Positions 1 to 10,903 of a DNA stretch of 64,000 nt are shown here, in pieces (position 1 is the first letter of the stretch; each line of letters starts with the position of its first letter). The notes beneath the pieces are model-generated. The model was not told where the DNA came from. It did no database searches and worked only from the letters and a program-made list of their open reading frames with translations. This DNA comes from Candidatus Latescibacterota bacterium. Lineage in GTDB: Bacteria > Krumholzibacteriota > Krumholzibacteriia > WVZY01. The position numbers and the translations under genes are program-made. Location: contig CAWBQK010000011.1 of NCBI GenBank assembly GCA_963791045.1, forward strand, positions 32,001 through 96,000, written 5' to 3'.

Positions 1-1092
1 TCGCGAGGACGCGGGCGATCACGGCGCCGCCGAGAAGGCGCTCCCCCCGGTAGAGGACGACGGACTGTCCGGGGGTGATCGACTTTCTGGGGGTGTCTGG
101 AAGCGGATTTCCCACCGGTCGCCGTCCATGGGGGCGATCGAGGCGGGCGCGGGCTCGTGCCGGTAGCGGATCTTCGCCTCCACCGGACCGGCCCCGAGGA
201 ACTCGAGGGGAACGAGGAAGTTAGCATCCTCGGCGACGAGCCCGATGCCGTAGAGGTCACTCTCCGGGCCGAGGCGGACCCGGTTCTTCGCGATGTCGAC
301 ACCGGTCACGTAGAGGGCTTCGCCGGCGGCGACTCCGAGGCCGCGCCGCTGGCCGATGGTGTACCGGGCCGCGCCGTCGTGGCGTCCGATGACGTTGCCC
401 TCCCCGTCGACGATCTCCCCCTCCTCGGACATGCCGAGAAATCCCCGGAGGTCCCGGTCGGGAAGGAAGCAGATGTCCTGGCTCTCCCGCTTCTCCGCCA
501 CAGCGTGACCGGCCCGGGAGAGAAGGGCCCGCACTTCGTCCTTCTGGAGATCCCCGACGGGAAAGACGAGTCCGGGAAGGTCTTCGCCGCGGATGCCCCA
601 GAGCACGTAGGACTGGTCCTTCCCCCGGTCCCGGCCGCGGAGGATCGCCCGCGCCCCGTCGATTTCGGCGAGCCTCACGTAGTGGCCGGTCGCGAGGTAG
701 GGATAGCCGGAGCGGCGCACCTTATCGAGGAAGAGACGGAACCGCACGTTCCGGTTGCACGACACGCACGGATTCGGCGTGCGGCCCCGGAAGTACTCCT
801 CCCGGAACGGATCGATGACCCGCTCCCGGAAAGGCTCGCTGAAGTCCCAGACATGATGGGGAATGCCGAGGCGGGCGGCGGTGGACGCGGCGTCCTCGAT
901 CGCCTCGGCGGAGCAGCAGGATCGATCACTCTCGAGACCGGGATCGTCGCCGAGACAGAAGAGCTTCAGCGTCACGCCCGCCACGTCATAGCCCGCCTCT
1001 TTGAGGAGAAGGGCCGCCGCCGCGCTGTCCACGCCGCCGCTCATGGCGACGGCGATCCGTGCCCCTTTCGGAGGCGAGAGATTCTCGATCAA
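1..1092 (-). CDS. mnmA: tRNA 2-thiouridine(34) synthase MnmA; apparent frameshift near 90, 3' end runs off the window
   Basis: Motifs AMSGGVDS, TPNPCVSCN, ATGHY, KDQSY, ESQDICF, YTIGQRRGLG and KIRYR; C-terminal ITPGQSVVLY..LLGGA lies in a shifted frame; probable TTG start at 1092. Confidence 0.95.
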
Positions 1093-1099
1093 GAGAGGA

Positions 1100-2248
1100 T
1101 CATCCTTTCCCGCGAAGGGCGGAGACGACCTCGGCCAGGGTGTCGGCGAGAAGATCCCCGTCCGATTCGGTGTTGCTCTTGCCGAAGCCGATCCGGATCC
1201 CGCCGAGGGCGAGTTCCCGGGAGTAGCCCATGGCGAGGAGCGTGGCGGAGGGCTCGGGTGAACCGGAGTGGCACGCCGAACCGGTGGAGATCTCGAGACC
1301 CCGTCGGTCGAGCTCCTCGGCGACGGCGCCTCCCGAGACCCCTTCGAAGAGAACATAGCAGGTGCCGGGAATCCGTTCCCGGTCCGCGCCGGCGATGGTG
1401 ACTCCGCGCAGGAGCGAACATATACGGGCTTCGAATCGATCCCGGATCCGGCGGAGCCGGGGTTGCTCGTCCTCCCGTTCCTCCACCGCGAGCCGGAGGG
1501 CGGCGGCGAGGCCGAGGGCGAGGGGAACGCTCTCCGTGCCGGGGCGGCGCCCCCTTCCTGCCCGCCGCCGACCGTGACCGGCCGGAGGGGAGGAAGGCCG
1601 GGGCCGATCACGAGGGCGCCGACGCCTTTCGGTCCGTAGATCTTGTGGCCCACGACGGTGACCATGTCGATCGGATCTTCGCGAAGATCGAGGGGGAGTT
1701 TGCCGGCGGTCTGGGCGGCGTCGGTATGGAACGGGATGCCCCGCTTCCGGCAGAGGGCGCCCACTTCGCGAACGGGTTGAAGAACGCCCGTCTCGTTCTG
1801 GCCGTGAATGAGGGATACGATCCGCGTCTCGTCGTCCATGGCCGAAGCGAAGTCGTCGGGATCGACCGAGCCGGAGGGGCCGACGGGGATTCGCTTCACT
1901 TCGAATCCGTGGGCGGCGAGAAGGGCGGCGGGGGCGTCGACGGCGGGATGCTCCACCTCGGAGATCAGGACGGAACCGGGGGTGTCGGGAGCGGGGATTC
2001 CGAGAATCGCGAGATTGTCCGCTTCGGTGCCGCTTCCGGTGAACACGACGCCTTCCGGTTCGGCGCCGAGGAGGGCGGCGACGGTTTCCCGGGCTTCGCC
2101 CAGCTTCGCCTTGGCCTCCCGCCCGCTCAGGTAGGGGCTCGAGGGTTCCCCCCCACCGGATCACCGCATCGGCCATCACTTCCGCCACTTCGGGGCGAAC
2201 GGGGGTCGTGGCATTATGGTCTAGGTAGACGCGGCGCGGCTCGGGCAT
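1100..2248 (-). CDS. Cysteine desulfurase (IscS/NifS family), split over frames by apparent indels
   Basis: YLDHNATTP, FTGSGTEADN, EHPAV, NETG, HTDAAQ, GHKIYGPKG (PLP lysine), STGSACHSG (catalytic Cys); abuts mnmA. Confidence 0.93.
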   Translation of the reverse strand: MPEPRRVYLDHNATTPVRPEVAEVMADAVIRWGGTLEPLPERAGGQGEAGRSPGNRRRPPRRRTGRRRVHRKRHRSGQSRDSRNPRSRHPRFRPDLRGGASRRRRPRRPSRRPRIRSEANPRRPLRLGRSRRLRFGHGRRDADRIPHSRPERDGRSSTRSRSGRPLPEAGHPVPYRRRPDRRQTPPRSSRRSDRHGHRRGPQDLRTERRRRPRDRPRPSSPPAGHGRRRAGRGRRPGTESVPLALGLAAALRLAVEEREDEQPRLRRIRDRFEARICSLLRGVTIAGADRERIPGTCYVLFEGVSGGAVAEELDRRGLEISTGSACHSGSPEPSATLLAMGYSRELALGGIRIGFGKSNTESDGDLLADTLAEVVSALRGKG

Positions 2249-2482
2249 GATCGGACTCCTTTCGTCTACTGATGAGTCTAGTCGAAGTGCGCCGCGAAAT
2301 GCAGTGCGACAAGGGAAGTACGGGGGGGGGCATGAGGAATGAGAATGGGCGGCTGGGTGAAGGATCGAGAACCTGGGCGGGGCCTGTGAGCCGATTGAGG
2401 CTGATGTGTGGGGCGGCGACGGGCAAGGGGTCGACCTCCGGCCTCGGAAGGAGCGGTCGTCTCCCTCACCCGCCACCGCCCC

Positions 2483-2584
2483 CTCCCCGTTCGTCCTGCG
2501 GTGCCACCGAACGGGTGAGGTGGTGTATCGGAGCCTGTCCTGAGTAGGACCGAAGGTCCGTATCGAAGGAGATGAACCGGGGAG
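2483..2584 (+). repeat. REP-like palindrome, family A copy 1, with a nested second unit
   Basis: CTCCCCGTTCGTCCTG...GTATCGAAGGA(GA)TGAACCGGGGAG; same ends as 19133-19198 and 19507-19570. Confidence 0.75.
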
Positions 2585-3155
2585 AAGCCAGGACTGCCGA
2601 TCGGAATCTTGGCGTGGGTCCTGCCCGATCCGCACCGCGTTGAGGGGGGAAAAGGGTCCGCCCACCCGGGCGCTCGAAGACAAACCGACGACGGTGCCCC
2701 GCGCCGACTCGGACAACCAAATTGTCTTCATGAATCGTGATGAGACCCCGCACCGCGATCCCATGGATTCGGAATGAGTGGGGGACGCTTCCTTCTCAGC
2801 CTCCGGCTCGGCGATGAGCGGGACCCCGGAAAGGTGCACCGTCGGAGGAATGCCGACGGCAGATCCCCATCCCGAGTGCAGGAAATCGAGCGAAGCACTG
2901 AAGCGGGTCCTCACAGTCTCATCCATGCATTTACGTAGCGGGGACGGACACTCCGAGCGTCCGGTGAGAGGCAGCTCTGTAGCTCTCGAGTCTTTGTCGC
3001 AGCGAGGCCCAGACCCGCGACGCCAAGAAATCCGGTGCGGACGAGGCGTCCGGCCGGAGGCGTGGCCTGAGCCACGTCGAGGACCGGTGCCGACGAGGAA
3101 AAAGCCGGGATCGCAGGCAGCGCGCCCGGGCCGCAGATCGGAAGGACGAGAGAAC

Positions 3156-4310
3156 TCAGAGCTCCTCGAGCTTCTGGTATTCTTCCTGTTTCTTCTTCGC
3201 CTCTTCGCGGAGAATCAGCTGCTCCTGCCGGACCGCTTCTTTGCTCGCGTACTCGGACCAGAAAGGATCGCCGAGCCCGGCCGCCTTCTCGAACTTCGCC
3301 TTGGCCTGGGCGAACTGCTTCTTCTCCTCGAGCGCCTTCCCCCACACGCACCATCCCTGGGCGTTGTTCGGGGCCTGGTCGAGGGCGATCTGCACGGTTC
3401 GAATCGACTCATCGTACCGGCCGAGGCTGACCATCAGGTCCGCCAGCCGGACCCGCGCCTCCGCGTCGGCCGGATCGCTCTTGACGACCTTCTCGTAAGT
3501 CGCGACCGCCGCCGTGGTATCCGCCATCCGGAGCTGAAGCACCGCCACGTTCTTCAGGATCGCCGTGTTTTCCGGCTCCATCTCGGCGAGCTGCATGTAG
3601 CGCTCCGCCGCCTTGGGGTAGTTCTCCGTATCGAGGTAGAGCTGGGCCACGTTTTTGATGAGTCGCTTGTTCTCGGGATCCTTCTCGAGCAGCGCTTCCT
3701 GCGTGACGAGAAGTTCGTCGGTCTTTCCGAGTTCCTTGTAGATGCCGGCGAGGATCATCGGATAGTCCTCGTTCTCGGGATCGAGCTCGACCGCCTTCTC
3801 GTACGAGACCTGCGCCTCTTCGTACATCTCGAGCTGCATGTAGTAGTGCCCGAGATCGCTGCGGAGCGTGGCGTCGTCCGGGGAGAGTTCGACCGCCTTC
3901 TCCACCTGCTGGGCGGCGGCGGCGTAGTCTTCCCGGTCGTTGTACATGGCGCCCAGGCGGGCGAATCCGTCGGATCGTCGGGAAAACGCTCGGTGTAGAG
4001 CTTGTACAGCTCGAATGCCTCGTCGCCCCGTTCCTGGGCGCGGACGGCGAAGGCGAGGTTCGCGAGGGCGGTCGAGTTGTCCGGCTGGAGATCGACGACC
4101 TCCTGGTACGCCAGCTCGGCCTGCGGGTAGAGTTCACTGTCGAGATACTGTTTGGCGCTCGACATGAGGCGTTTCGCCTTCGTCTCCGGATCCGAATCGA
4201 CCCGCTCCCGGGTGATGACGTCGTCCTGCACTTCACAAGCGACGCCCCCGATCAACAGAACTGCCGCGAGCGCCGTGAGCAGCCCAGGCCTTACGATTTC
4301 GCACGATCAT
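3156..4310 (-). CDS. TPR-repeat lipoprotein (apparent frameshifts near 4290 and 3955)
   Basis: Hydrophobic N-terminus ending GGVAC; repeated TPR helices (YEKAVELDP, QIALDQAP); GGAGGAG RBS before ATG 4310. Confidence 0.8.
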
Positions 4311-5042
4311 CGTTCTCTTCTCCTCCACAGAACCGTCGGGTTCGTGTGATCTACATTCGAGCCTGACACGGCGGCTCTACCGATAGAGCCGAAAAGCGTC
4401 GAATGTCCCCTCTCCTGGTGCACTTTTTTGATATTGGCGGTCGCCCGGGTGGCGAGGCGGTGCTTCTTGTCGATGGCCAGGACCTTTTCCCATTGGCGGA
4501 CCGCTTCCCGGTAGATGCCCGCCTCGGCGAACAGGTTCCCGAGACCGAAATGGGCTTCGGCGCAATTGTCGTCCAGTGCGAGCGCCTGCCGGTACGCCTC
4601 CGCGGCGGCGGAGAATCCCGGCGGCCGTATCGGGATCGGCGGCGAGATAGTCACCGTAGAAAGCCCGGAGCACGGCGTCCTCGGGCCAACGCCGGATCCC
4701 GTCGCGGTACGCCTCGTACGCCTCGTCCCTCTTTCCGAGGTCGTCGAGCACGAATGCGAGGTTGATGACGACCTTCGAATCGCCCCCCGCGACGACGGAA
4801 CGCCGGTAAAAGGAGGCCGCCATATCGCCCATCTCGGCGTCGTAGTAGGCGTTCCCCAACTTGAAGAGCAATTCCACCGAATCCTTCTCGGCTCCGATCA
4901 GCTTCTCGTACACCTCGATCCGCTCCATGGGCGGCCGGCTTCTCGATTTTCTCGTAGTCCACCGCCGCGGCCGCCACCGGAAGGAGCGCCCCGAGCAGGA
5001 CGATTCCGATGATTCGCGGCGGGCCGTCATCATTCGATTCAT
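4307..5042 (-). CDS. Secreted TPR protein (frameshifted; ends approximate)
   Basis: Signal-like IIGIVLLGALLPVAAAA; LFKLGNAYY, AHFGLGNLFAEAG..REAVRQWEKVL spread across three frames. Confidence 0.7.
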
Positions 5043-5217
5043 TTCATTCGCTCCCACCGCCCGGAAAATCCACGGAACCGGAAACCGGTCTGCTCCCGGT
5101 CGCCGGGGATTGCTCGGGCGAGATTTAAACGATTCGGGATCGTTCCGATTGGTCCTCCCGAAGCCAAGAGGCCCGGGGACAAGAACTTATAGGGTACCGT
5201 CCAACCCGGGCTTTCTG

Positions 5218-6002
5218 TCAACCGGAAAGGAAGAGGATCCATGCGGGCGCCGACGAGAGCCAGGGCGAGGCAGTAGTAGCCGAACCGGTGGAATCCTCCC
5301 CGGGTGACGAGGCGGACGAGGAGGCGGAGCGCCCAGTAACCCGAAGCGGCGGCTACGACTGCCCCGAGAAGGGCCGGTCCGAGGATCGCGCCGGAGGCGG
5401 CCTCCCCGGAGAGATCCTTCGCCGTCGAGCAGGGCGGCGCCCAGGATCGCGGGCACGGAGAGGAGGAAGGAGAACTCCGCCCCCTCCCGCCGCCGGACAC
5501 CGAGGAAGAGGGCGCAGGCGATGGTCGCGCCGGACCGGGAGATGCCGGGCATGATCGCCACCGCCTGGGCGAGGCCGATGATCAAGGCGATCCCGAGGGT
5601 GATCCGCCGCTCCCGGGGGGGAGCGAGCCGTGTGAGAAGCAGGAAAATTCCCGTGAAGGCGAGGGCGGCCAGAGTCGGACCGGGCCGTTCGAAGAGCTCC
5701 TCGATCCGGTCTTTCAGGAAGAGGCCGACGAAGGCGGTCGGCAGGAGTCCGACGATGATGGCGAGGCGGTAACGGTTCCGTTCGTCATCGAATCGGGGCC
5801 GGAGGAGATCGATCGCCTTCTCCCGGTAGAAGCCGAGCACCACGAGGGCGGTCGCCACATGGAGAAGCACCTCCATCAAGATCCCCTCGGACCGGATGCC
5901 GAGGATCGCCTGGGCCAGGACCAGATGGCCCGAACTCGATACGGGGAGAAACTCGGTCAACCCCTGAACCAGCCCGAGAAGAATCGCCGCCGCCGAGCCC
6001 AT
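5218..6002 (-). CDS. uppP: Undecaprenyl-diphosphate phosphatase UppP/BacA (apparent frameshifts near the 3' end)
   Basis: GLVQGLTEFLPVSSSGHL, PGISRSGATI, FSFLLSVPAILGA, FGYYC. Confidence 0.95.
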
Positions 6003-6004
6003 GT

Positions 6005-6832
6005 CTAAAACGCGCTCCCGACCAGCATCGCGGCCATGCCGACCACCATCTGGCCTTTGAGAAGTGCTCGCGAACATGCCGAGCCTCGCCCGGTCGGGAC
6101 GGGCATAGCATAGAACGAGGGCCACGGCGAGGAGGAGGTCGACGCCGATGATCACGATCACGAGATAGGCCACGTTGTACATCCCGATCAGGAAGGGAAC
6201 CGGCGACAGGAGCGCGAGCAGGGCGAGGGGGAACGTGCACCAGAGAAGGGCTCGCTTTCCCCCCGTCGCGAGAGGCAGCGTGCGGCGGGCGCCCCGGTCC
6301 CCGGGCATGTCGTGGATGTCCTTCACGATCTCCCGCGCGAGGTGCAGGAAGAACGCGAAGAGGGCGGGCGCGATCCCCGCTTCGATCGCCCCGCCGAGAC
6401 GGGCGCCGTAAAGGAGGGCGGAGGAGGCGACGACGCTGACGAGAAGATTCCCGGCGAACCCGGCCCGTTTCAGAAACCGCTCATATAGGAGAAGGAGAAG
6501 GGACCAGAGGGCGAGGGTGACGAGAGTGATCTCCGCCGGCCGCGAGAGCGCAGCCGAATGCGAGGAGGGCGAGGACCCATCCCGCCCGGCGGGCGCTCCT
6601 CTCGGCGATCGCCCCCGAACGGAAGAGGCCGGTCCGCACGGTTCACGCGGTCCACCGAGAGGTCGGCGACGTCGTTCCCGATATAAAATGCGGCGACGAG
6701 AAAGACCGCCGCGAGGAGCGCGGGGATCGTGCCGACGAAGTCCCCGCCGCCGGCGAGGGCGTAACCGAGCAGGATCGCCGCCCCGAGAATGACGAGATTC
6801 CCGGCGCGGACCAGACGGAGCCAAGCCGTCAT
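6005..6832 (-). CDS. UbiA-family prenyltransferase, DGGGP synthase-like (frameshifted)
   Basis: LRLVRAGN, Asp-rich motifs GNDVADLSVDRVNRADRPLP and REIVKDIHDMPGD..RTLP; multiple TM segments. Confidence 0.88.
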
Positions 6833-7645
6833 CGGCCCCTCCTCCCGAGAGGGGCGGTCAGGGCCGCGATCTTCTTTTCGAGCGCCCCGAGCCGGGCCCG
6901 GTCGTTTTTCTCCTCCTCCACCGCGCGCACCAACGCGCTCCCGACCACAACGGCGTCGCAGCGAGGGCATGAGGCCGCGCACCTGGGCGGCGGACGAGAC
7001 GCCGAAGCCGACCGCGAGGGGCTTCTTCGTGATCTTTCTCACCCCTTCGAGGCGGGCGGCGAGATCCGCGGGGAGGGCTGTCCGGGCGCCGGTCACCCCC
7101 GTGAGGCTGACGTAATAGATGAATGCGGTCGACGCGGCGGCGATCTTCCGGATCCGTTCGGGCGGGCTCGTCGGCGCCGCCAGAAAAACCGTGCCGATCC
7201 CGTAGGCGGCGAGTATCCGGCGGTATCGGCGGATTCCTCCACCGGAAGGTCCGTGGCGATCAGGGCGTCCACGCCCGCCCGGGCCGCCCGCGACGCGAAC
7301 CGCTCGAGGCCGGCCGGAGCATCGGGTTCATGTACGACATGAGAACGATGGGGGCCGAGACGGAGGGGCGGAGCCGCTCCACCATGTCCAGGACGTCACC
7401 ACGGTGACGCCCCCGGCGAGGGCCCGCTCCGACGAGCGCTGGATGGTCGGTCCGTCGGCGAGGGGGTCGGAGAAGGGCACGCCGATCTCGATCGCCGCCG
7501 TCTCCGGCCGGTCGAGAATGGGAATCGCCTTCTCCGTGAACCGGAGCGAGGGATCGCCCGCGGTGAGGAAGGGGATCAGCCCCGCCCGCCCTTCCCGCCG
7601 GAGGGCGTCGAACCGGGCGGCGATCCGCGGGACGGTCTTCATCAA
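6829..7645 (-). CDS. trpA: Tryptophan synthase alpha subunit (frameshifted)
   Basis: LIPFLTAGDP, IEIGVPFSDPLADGPTIQ, YYVSLTGVTG, PLAVGFGVS. Confidence 0.93.
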
Positions 7646-8766
7646 CGCCGTGCCTGAAGGAGCCGGTCGGCCGTGCGGTACGCCTCCTGCGCCTTGTCGC
7701 CGACCCCCTTCTTGTCGTAGGCGATGCCGAGCACGTAGTACGGCTTCCCGTCCTCCGGGTTGATGGCGATCGCCCGCTCGAGCGCGGCGATGGCGTCGTC
7801 GATCTTCTCCCGCTTGTTCTCCGCCACGCCGAGATAGTAGTAGGCCTTCGCGTTGTCCGGATCGAGAGAGAGAACCCGGTTCATCTGCTTCCGGGCCCGG
7901 TCATAGATGCCCCGGCGGATGTACGCCCGGCCGAGGAGATAGTGGGCTTTGATGTTGTCCGGCTCCGACTCGACGGCGATCTTGAACTCCCGGATCGCGT
8001 CCTCGAACGCGCCCTGGTCGTGATAGATCATGCCGAGATTGAAATGAGCCTCCACGTTGTTCGGGTCGAGCTCGAGGGCCTCCTGGAACTCGGCCACCGC
8101 CTCCCGGCTCATCCCCTTCTCGCCGTAGACGGCGCCCAGATTCAGATGCCACTCCGGCTTCTCCGGCTCGAGACGGATGGCCCGGCGGAAATGGGACAGG
8201 GCCTCGTCGATCCGCCCCGTCTGGTCGTAGAGGAGGCCGAGGTTCGAGTGGGCCCGCGCGAATTTCGGATCCAGTTCGAGGGCCCGTTCGTACGCCTGGA
8301 TCGCCTCCTCGAAACGGTCCTGCCGGGTCCGGAGGACGCCGAGGGCGTAGTGGCAGATCGGCACGCCCGGGTTCCGGGAGAGGAGGCGGAGGACATGCTT
8401 CTCCGCCTCGGCCCACCGGTCGAGGGCCATCAGGGTCTTCGCGAGATTGACCTGCGTCTCCAGGTCGTCGGGAGCGATGTGGACGCCGTGCTCGAGCCGG
8501 GCGAGGGATTCCTCGTGCCGGCCCGTCTTCCTGAGAATGCGCCCCGCCCGGTGGAGGAGTTCCACGTTGTCGGGCTCCATCGAGAGAAGGGTCTCGAGAT
8601 GCTCGATCGCCTCCGGATAGTGCCGCTCCCCTTCGAGGTAGATCACCGCCTCGTGGAGGAGCCCCCGGTTGTTCGGGTCCTGCTGCAGGCGCTTCAGGAT
8701 CCCGCCTTTTTCCTTTTCGGCCGCGCCGCGGCCCCAGAACCGAATGACCAAGGAATCCACCTCCAT
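7642..8766 (-). CDS. TPR-repeat protein
   Basis: Intact ORF with about 10 canonical TPR units (AYERALELDP..AHSNLG, EALELDPNNVEAHFNLG); start uncertain (8766 or 8802). Confidence 0.9.
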   Translation of the reverse strand: MEVDSLVIRFWGRGAAEKEKGGILKRLQQDPNNRGLLHEAVIYLEGERHYPEAIEHLETLLSMEPDNVELLHRAGRILRKTGRHEESLARLEHGVHIAPDDLETQVNLAKTLMALDRWAEAEKHVLRLLSRNPGVPICHYALGVLRTRQDRFEEAIQAYERALELDPKFARAHSNLGLLYDQTGRIDEALSHFRRAIRLEPEKPEWHLNLGAVYGEKGMSREAVAEFQEALELDPNNVEAHFNLGMIYHDQGAFEDAIREFKIAVESEPDNIKAHYLLGRAYIRRGIYDRARKQMNRVLSLDPDNAKAYYYLGVAENKREKIDDAIAALERAIAINPEDGKPYYVLGIAYDKKGVGDKAQEAYRTADRLLQARR

Positions 8767-8869
8767 TCGGGACGGCCTTCCACCGATGCCGACCCATGAC
8801 ACCCTGTACCTTGTTTAGCCCACGAAGCGGGATCAAGTCAAGCCGGGATCATCGATCTCCCGATGGGGG

Positions 8870-9349
8870 TCAGTCGACGGGATAGGGCTCCCGGAGGGAA
8901 TAAGGCCGATAGGGGGAGTAGGCGCCGGAGAGATGCCGGTAGTCGAACCGGACCAAAGTGTTCTCCGTCGGCCGGTAGGAGATCGAAAGACCGGGGAGAA
9001 CCGCGTTCGCCGACGATTCGCCGCCGTAGGTCGGCTCCCACGGGCGATGCGAATTGGTATCCGAGGAGCAGGGTGATCCGGAGGGGATCGGCCACCTGAT
9101 AGGTGAGGCGGTTCTGATACATGCCGAGACCGCCCCCCGGCACGTTCTCGAGCCGGTCGAATAGAAATAGGACATCTCGTGGGACATGGAGAGTTTCGCC
9201 GGATCGAGGATGCCGAGCATCCCCCGGCTCGGATATTGAAAGACGTTCTCCGCCGCACCGTCCGATCCCCCATAGGAGGGTTCGCCGGCGAAGGCGATGG
9301 AGAACGCCGCGATCAGAGCGACCAGGATCGGAATCGTCCGCACGGGCAT
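8870..9349 (-). CDS. Secreted hypothetical protein, beta-strand rich (compensating frameshifts)
   Basis: GGAAGGAGG RBS, signal peptide ending AFA; LDPAKLSMSHEMSY..GMYQNRLTY..SISYRPTENT resembles conserved FCB-group hypotheticals (from memory). Confidence 0.65.
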   Translation of the reverse strand: MPVRTIPILVALIAAFSIAFAGEPSYGGSDGAAENVFQYPSRGMLGILDPAKLSMSHEMSYFYSTGSRTCRGAVSACIRTASPIRWPIPSGSPCSSDTNSHRPWEPTYGGESSANAVLPGLSISYRPTENTLVRFDYRHLSGAYSPYRPYSLREPYPVD

Positions 9350-9395
9350 CCTCCTTCCGGGGGATGACACCCCGGTGATACCGGACGGTTCGATC

Positions 9396-10695
9396 CTACG
9401 AGTAGGCCGGTTCGCTGTCAAGGGAGCCTACCGGCTCCGATTCCGCTTTCGCCTCTTTCGGGGCGTCCGCGGGGACGAGACGGATTTCGAGGGCGATCTC
9501 GAGCCGCACCACGCCCCCTCCCGCGTCGATCTCCACAGGCACCCGCACCACTCCCTCCGGCGATGCCTGGACGGGCCGGGGCGCCTGAGATGCCGGGTGT
9601 TCGACCGGAACCGGCGGCTCGACGGCGGCCGCTACCTCGACCCGCGGGGGCGGGATCCGATCCTCGTGCCCCGAGGGAGGTTCCTCGGCCATCGGAAGAG
9701 GACTGTCGGTGTGGGCATGCTCCACGGGAGGAGCCGGATCCGCCGGAAGATCGTCGCCCCCGACACCGGCGGCCTCACCCAGAGTTCGCTCCTCATCCGC
9801 GGACCGATCCTCCGTACCGCCATCGTGCGCCTCCCCCGACTCGGCGGGTCCCGCGACCGGGACCTGGGCCTCGTCTTTCTTCGCCTCGGGCGCCGGGGTT
9901 TCGTCGGCGCCCCACGACTTCAGGGAGTCGGAGAGACGCACCACGTCATCCACGGTGCCGCCCACGTCGTAGACCGGCGCCGTCGGCTGGAAGCGCGGAT
10001 CCGCCGGGGCTTCCTCGCCCTTCGCGGACTCCGTCTCCTGTGCCGCCTTCGCCGGGGCTGCGGAACTCGAGGCCTGCTTCGCCTCGGCCTTCGCTTTCTC
10101 TTCACCACCGAGCGTGCGCTCCAGGCTCTCGAAGAGCGCCCGCGTGGCCGCCCGGAAAGTCTCCCAAACACCTTCGTTGTTCACCGCCACCGCCTGGAAC
10201 CAGGGCCATTCGTGGTGGTTCAGGTCGGCGTTCAGCTCGTCCGGCGTGAGCGCGTTCGGCAGGTCCCGCTTGTTGAACTGGAGAATCACGGGAATCTTGT
10301 CGAGCGAGAGCTGATACTCGGCGAGGTTCTGCTCGAGGTTCTGCATGCTCTCGATGTTCGCCTGCCGGAGGGCGGGATCGGAATCGGCGACGAAGATGAT
10401 CGCGTCGGTCCCCTTCAGCACCAGCTTCCGGGTCGCGTTGTAATGAACCTGACCCGGGAACGGTATAGAGAAGGAACCGGGTCCGGAATCCTCGGATCTC
10501 CCCGGCGTTCACCGGGAGGAGATCGAAGAAGAGTGTCCGGTCGCTCCGGGTCTTCATGGATACCATCTTGCCCCGGCGCTGCTCCGGGACGTGTCCGTAG
10601 ATCCGCTCGAGGTTCGTCGTCTTCCCTGAAAGCCCGGGACCGTAGTAGACGATCTTCGCGTTGATCTCTTTGCCGCTGTAATTGAAAACCACCAT
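9396..10695 (-). CDS. MglA-like small GTPase with a long acidic/Pro-rich C-terminal extension (frameshift near 10452)
   Basis: INAKIVYYGPGLSGKTTNL, DRTLFFDLLP, LYTVPG, FVADS, QFNKRDLP. Confidence 0.9.
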
Positions 10696-10903
10696 GTAAT
10701 CAGCCTCCGATCGCGCTCGGCGCAAACCTTGCAAGTTGAGAGTTCAAAATCAGGGCAAGTCCCATGCCAGGAAGGGCTCTTTTCGGGCCCGGGAGGACGA
10801 TCGGAACTTGTTGAAATACCGAGGCTTTAGTAGAGGTCTTTCGGGGAGAGCCCGGGTACGCCCGCGGCGGTCCCGCCGGGGGTGCGAATCGCACCACTCG
10901 GCC

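Noticed and set aside
19-2046. Apparent cysteine desulfurase-MnmA fusion ORF (675 aa)
   Set aside because: The desulfurase C-terminus is in another frame ending at 1100, and the linker is off-frame sequence; this is an indel artefact.
2262-2310. Hammerhead-like CTGATGAG...CGAAA
   Set aside because: No convincing stem II, nor stems I/III with a properly placed NUH site.
2538-2570. Hammerhead-like CTGAGTA-hairpin-GAAG in family A repeats
   Set aside because: The core is CUGAGUA rather than CUGANGA, and GAAA is absent.
2590-2926. Possible gene between the TPR gene and the desulfurase
   Set aside because: No recognisable motif and codon usage unlike flanking genes; it could not be supported.
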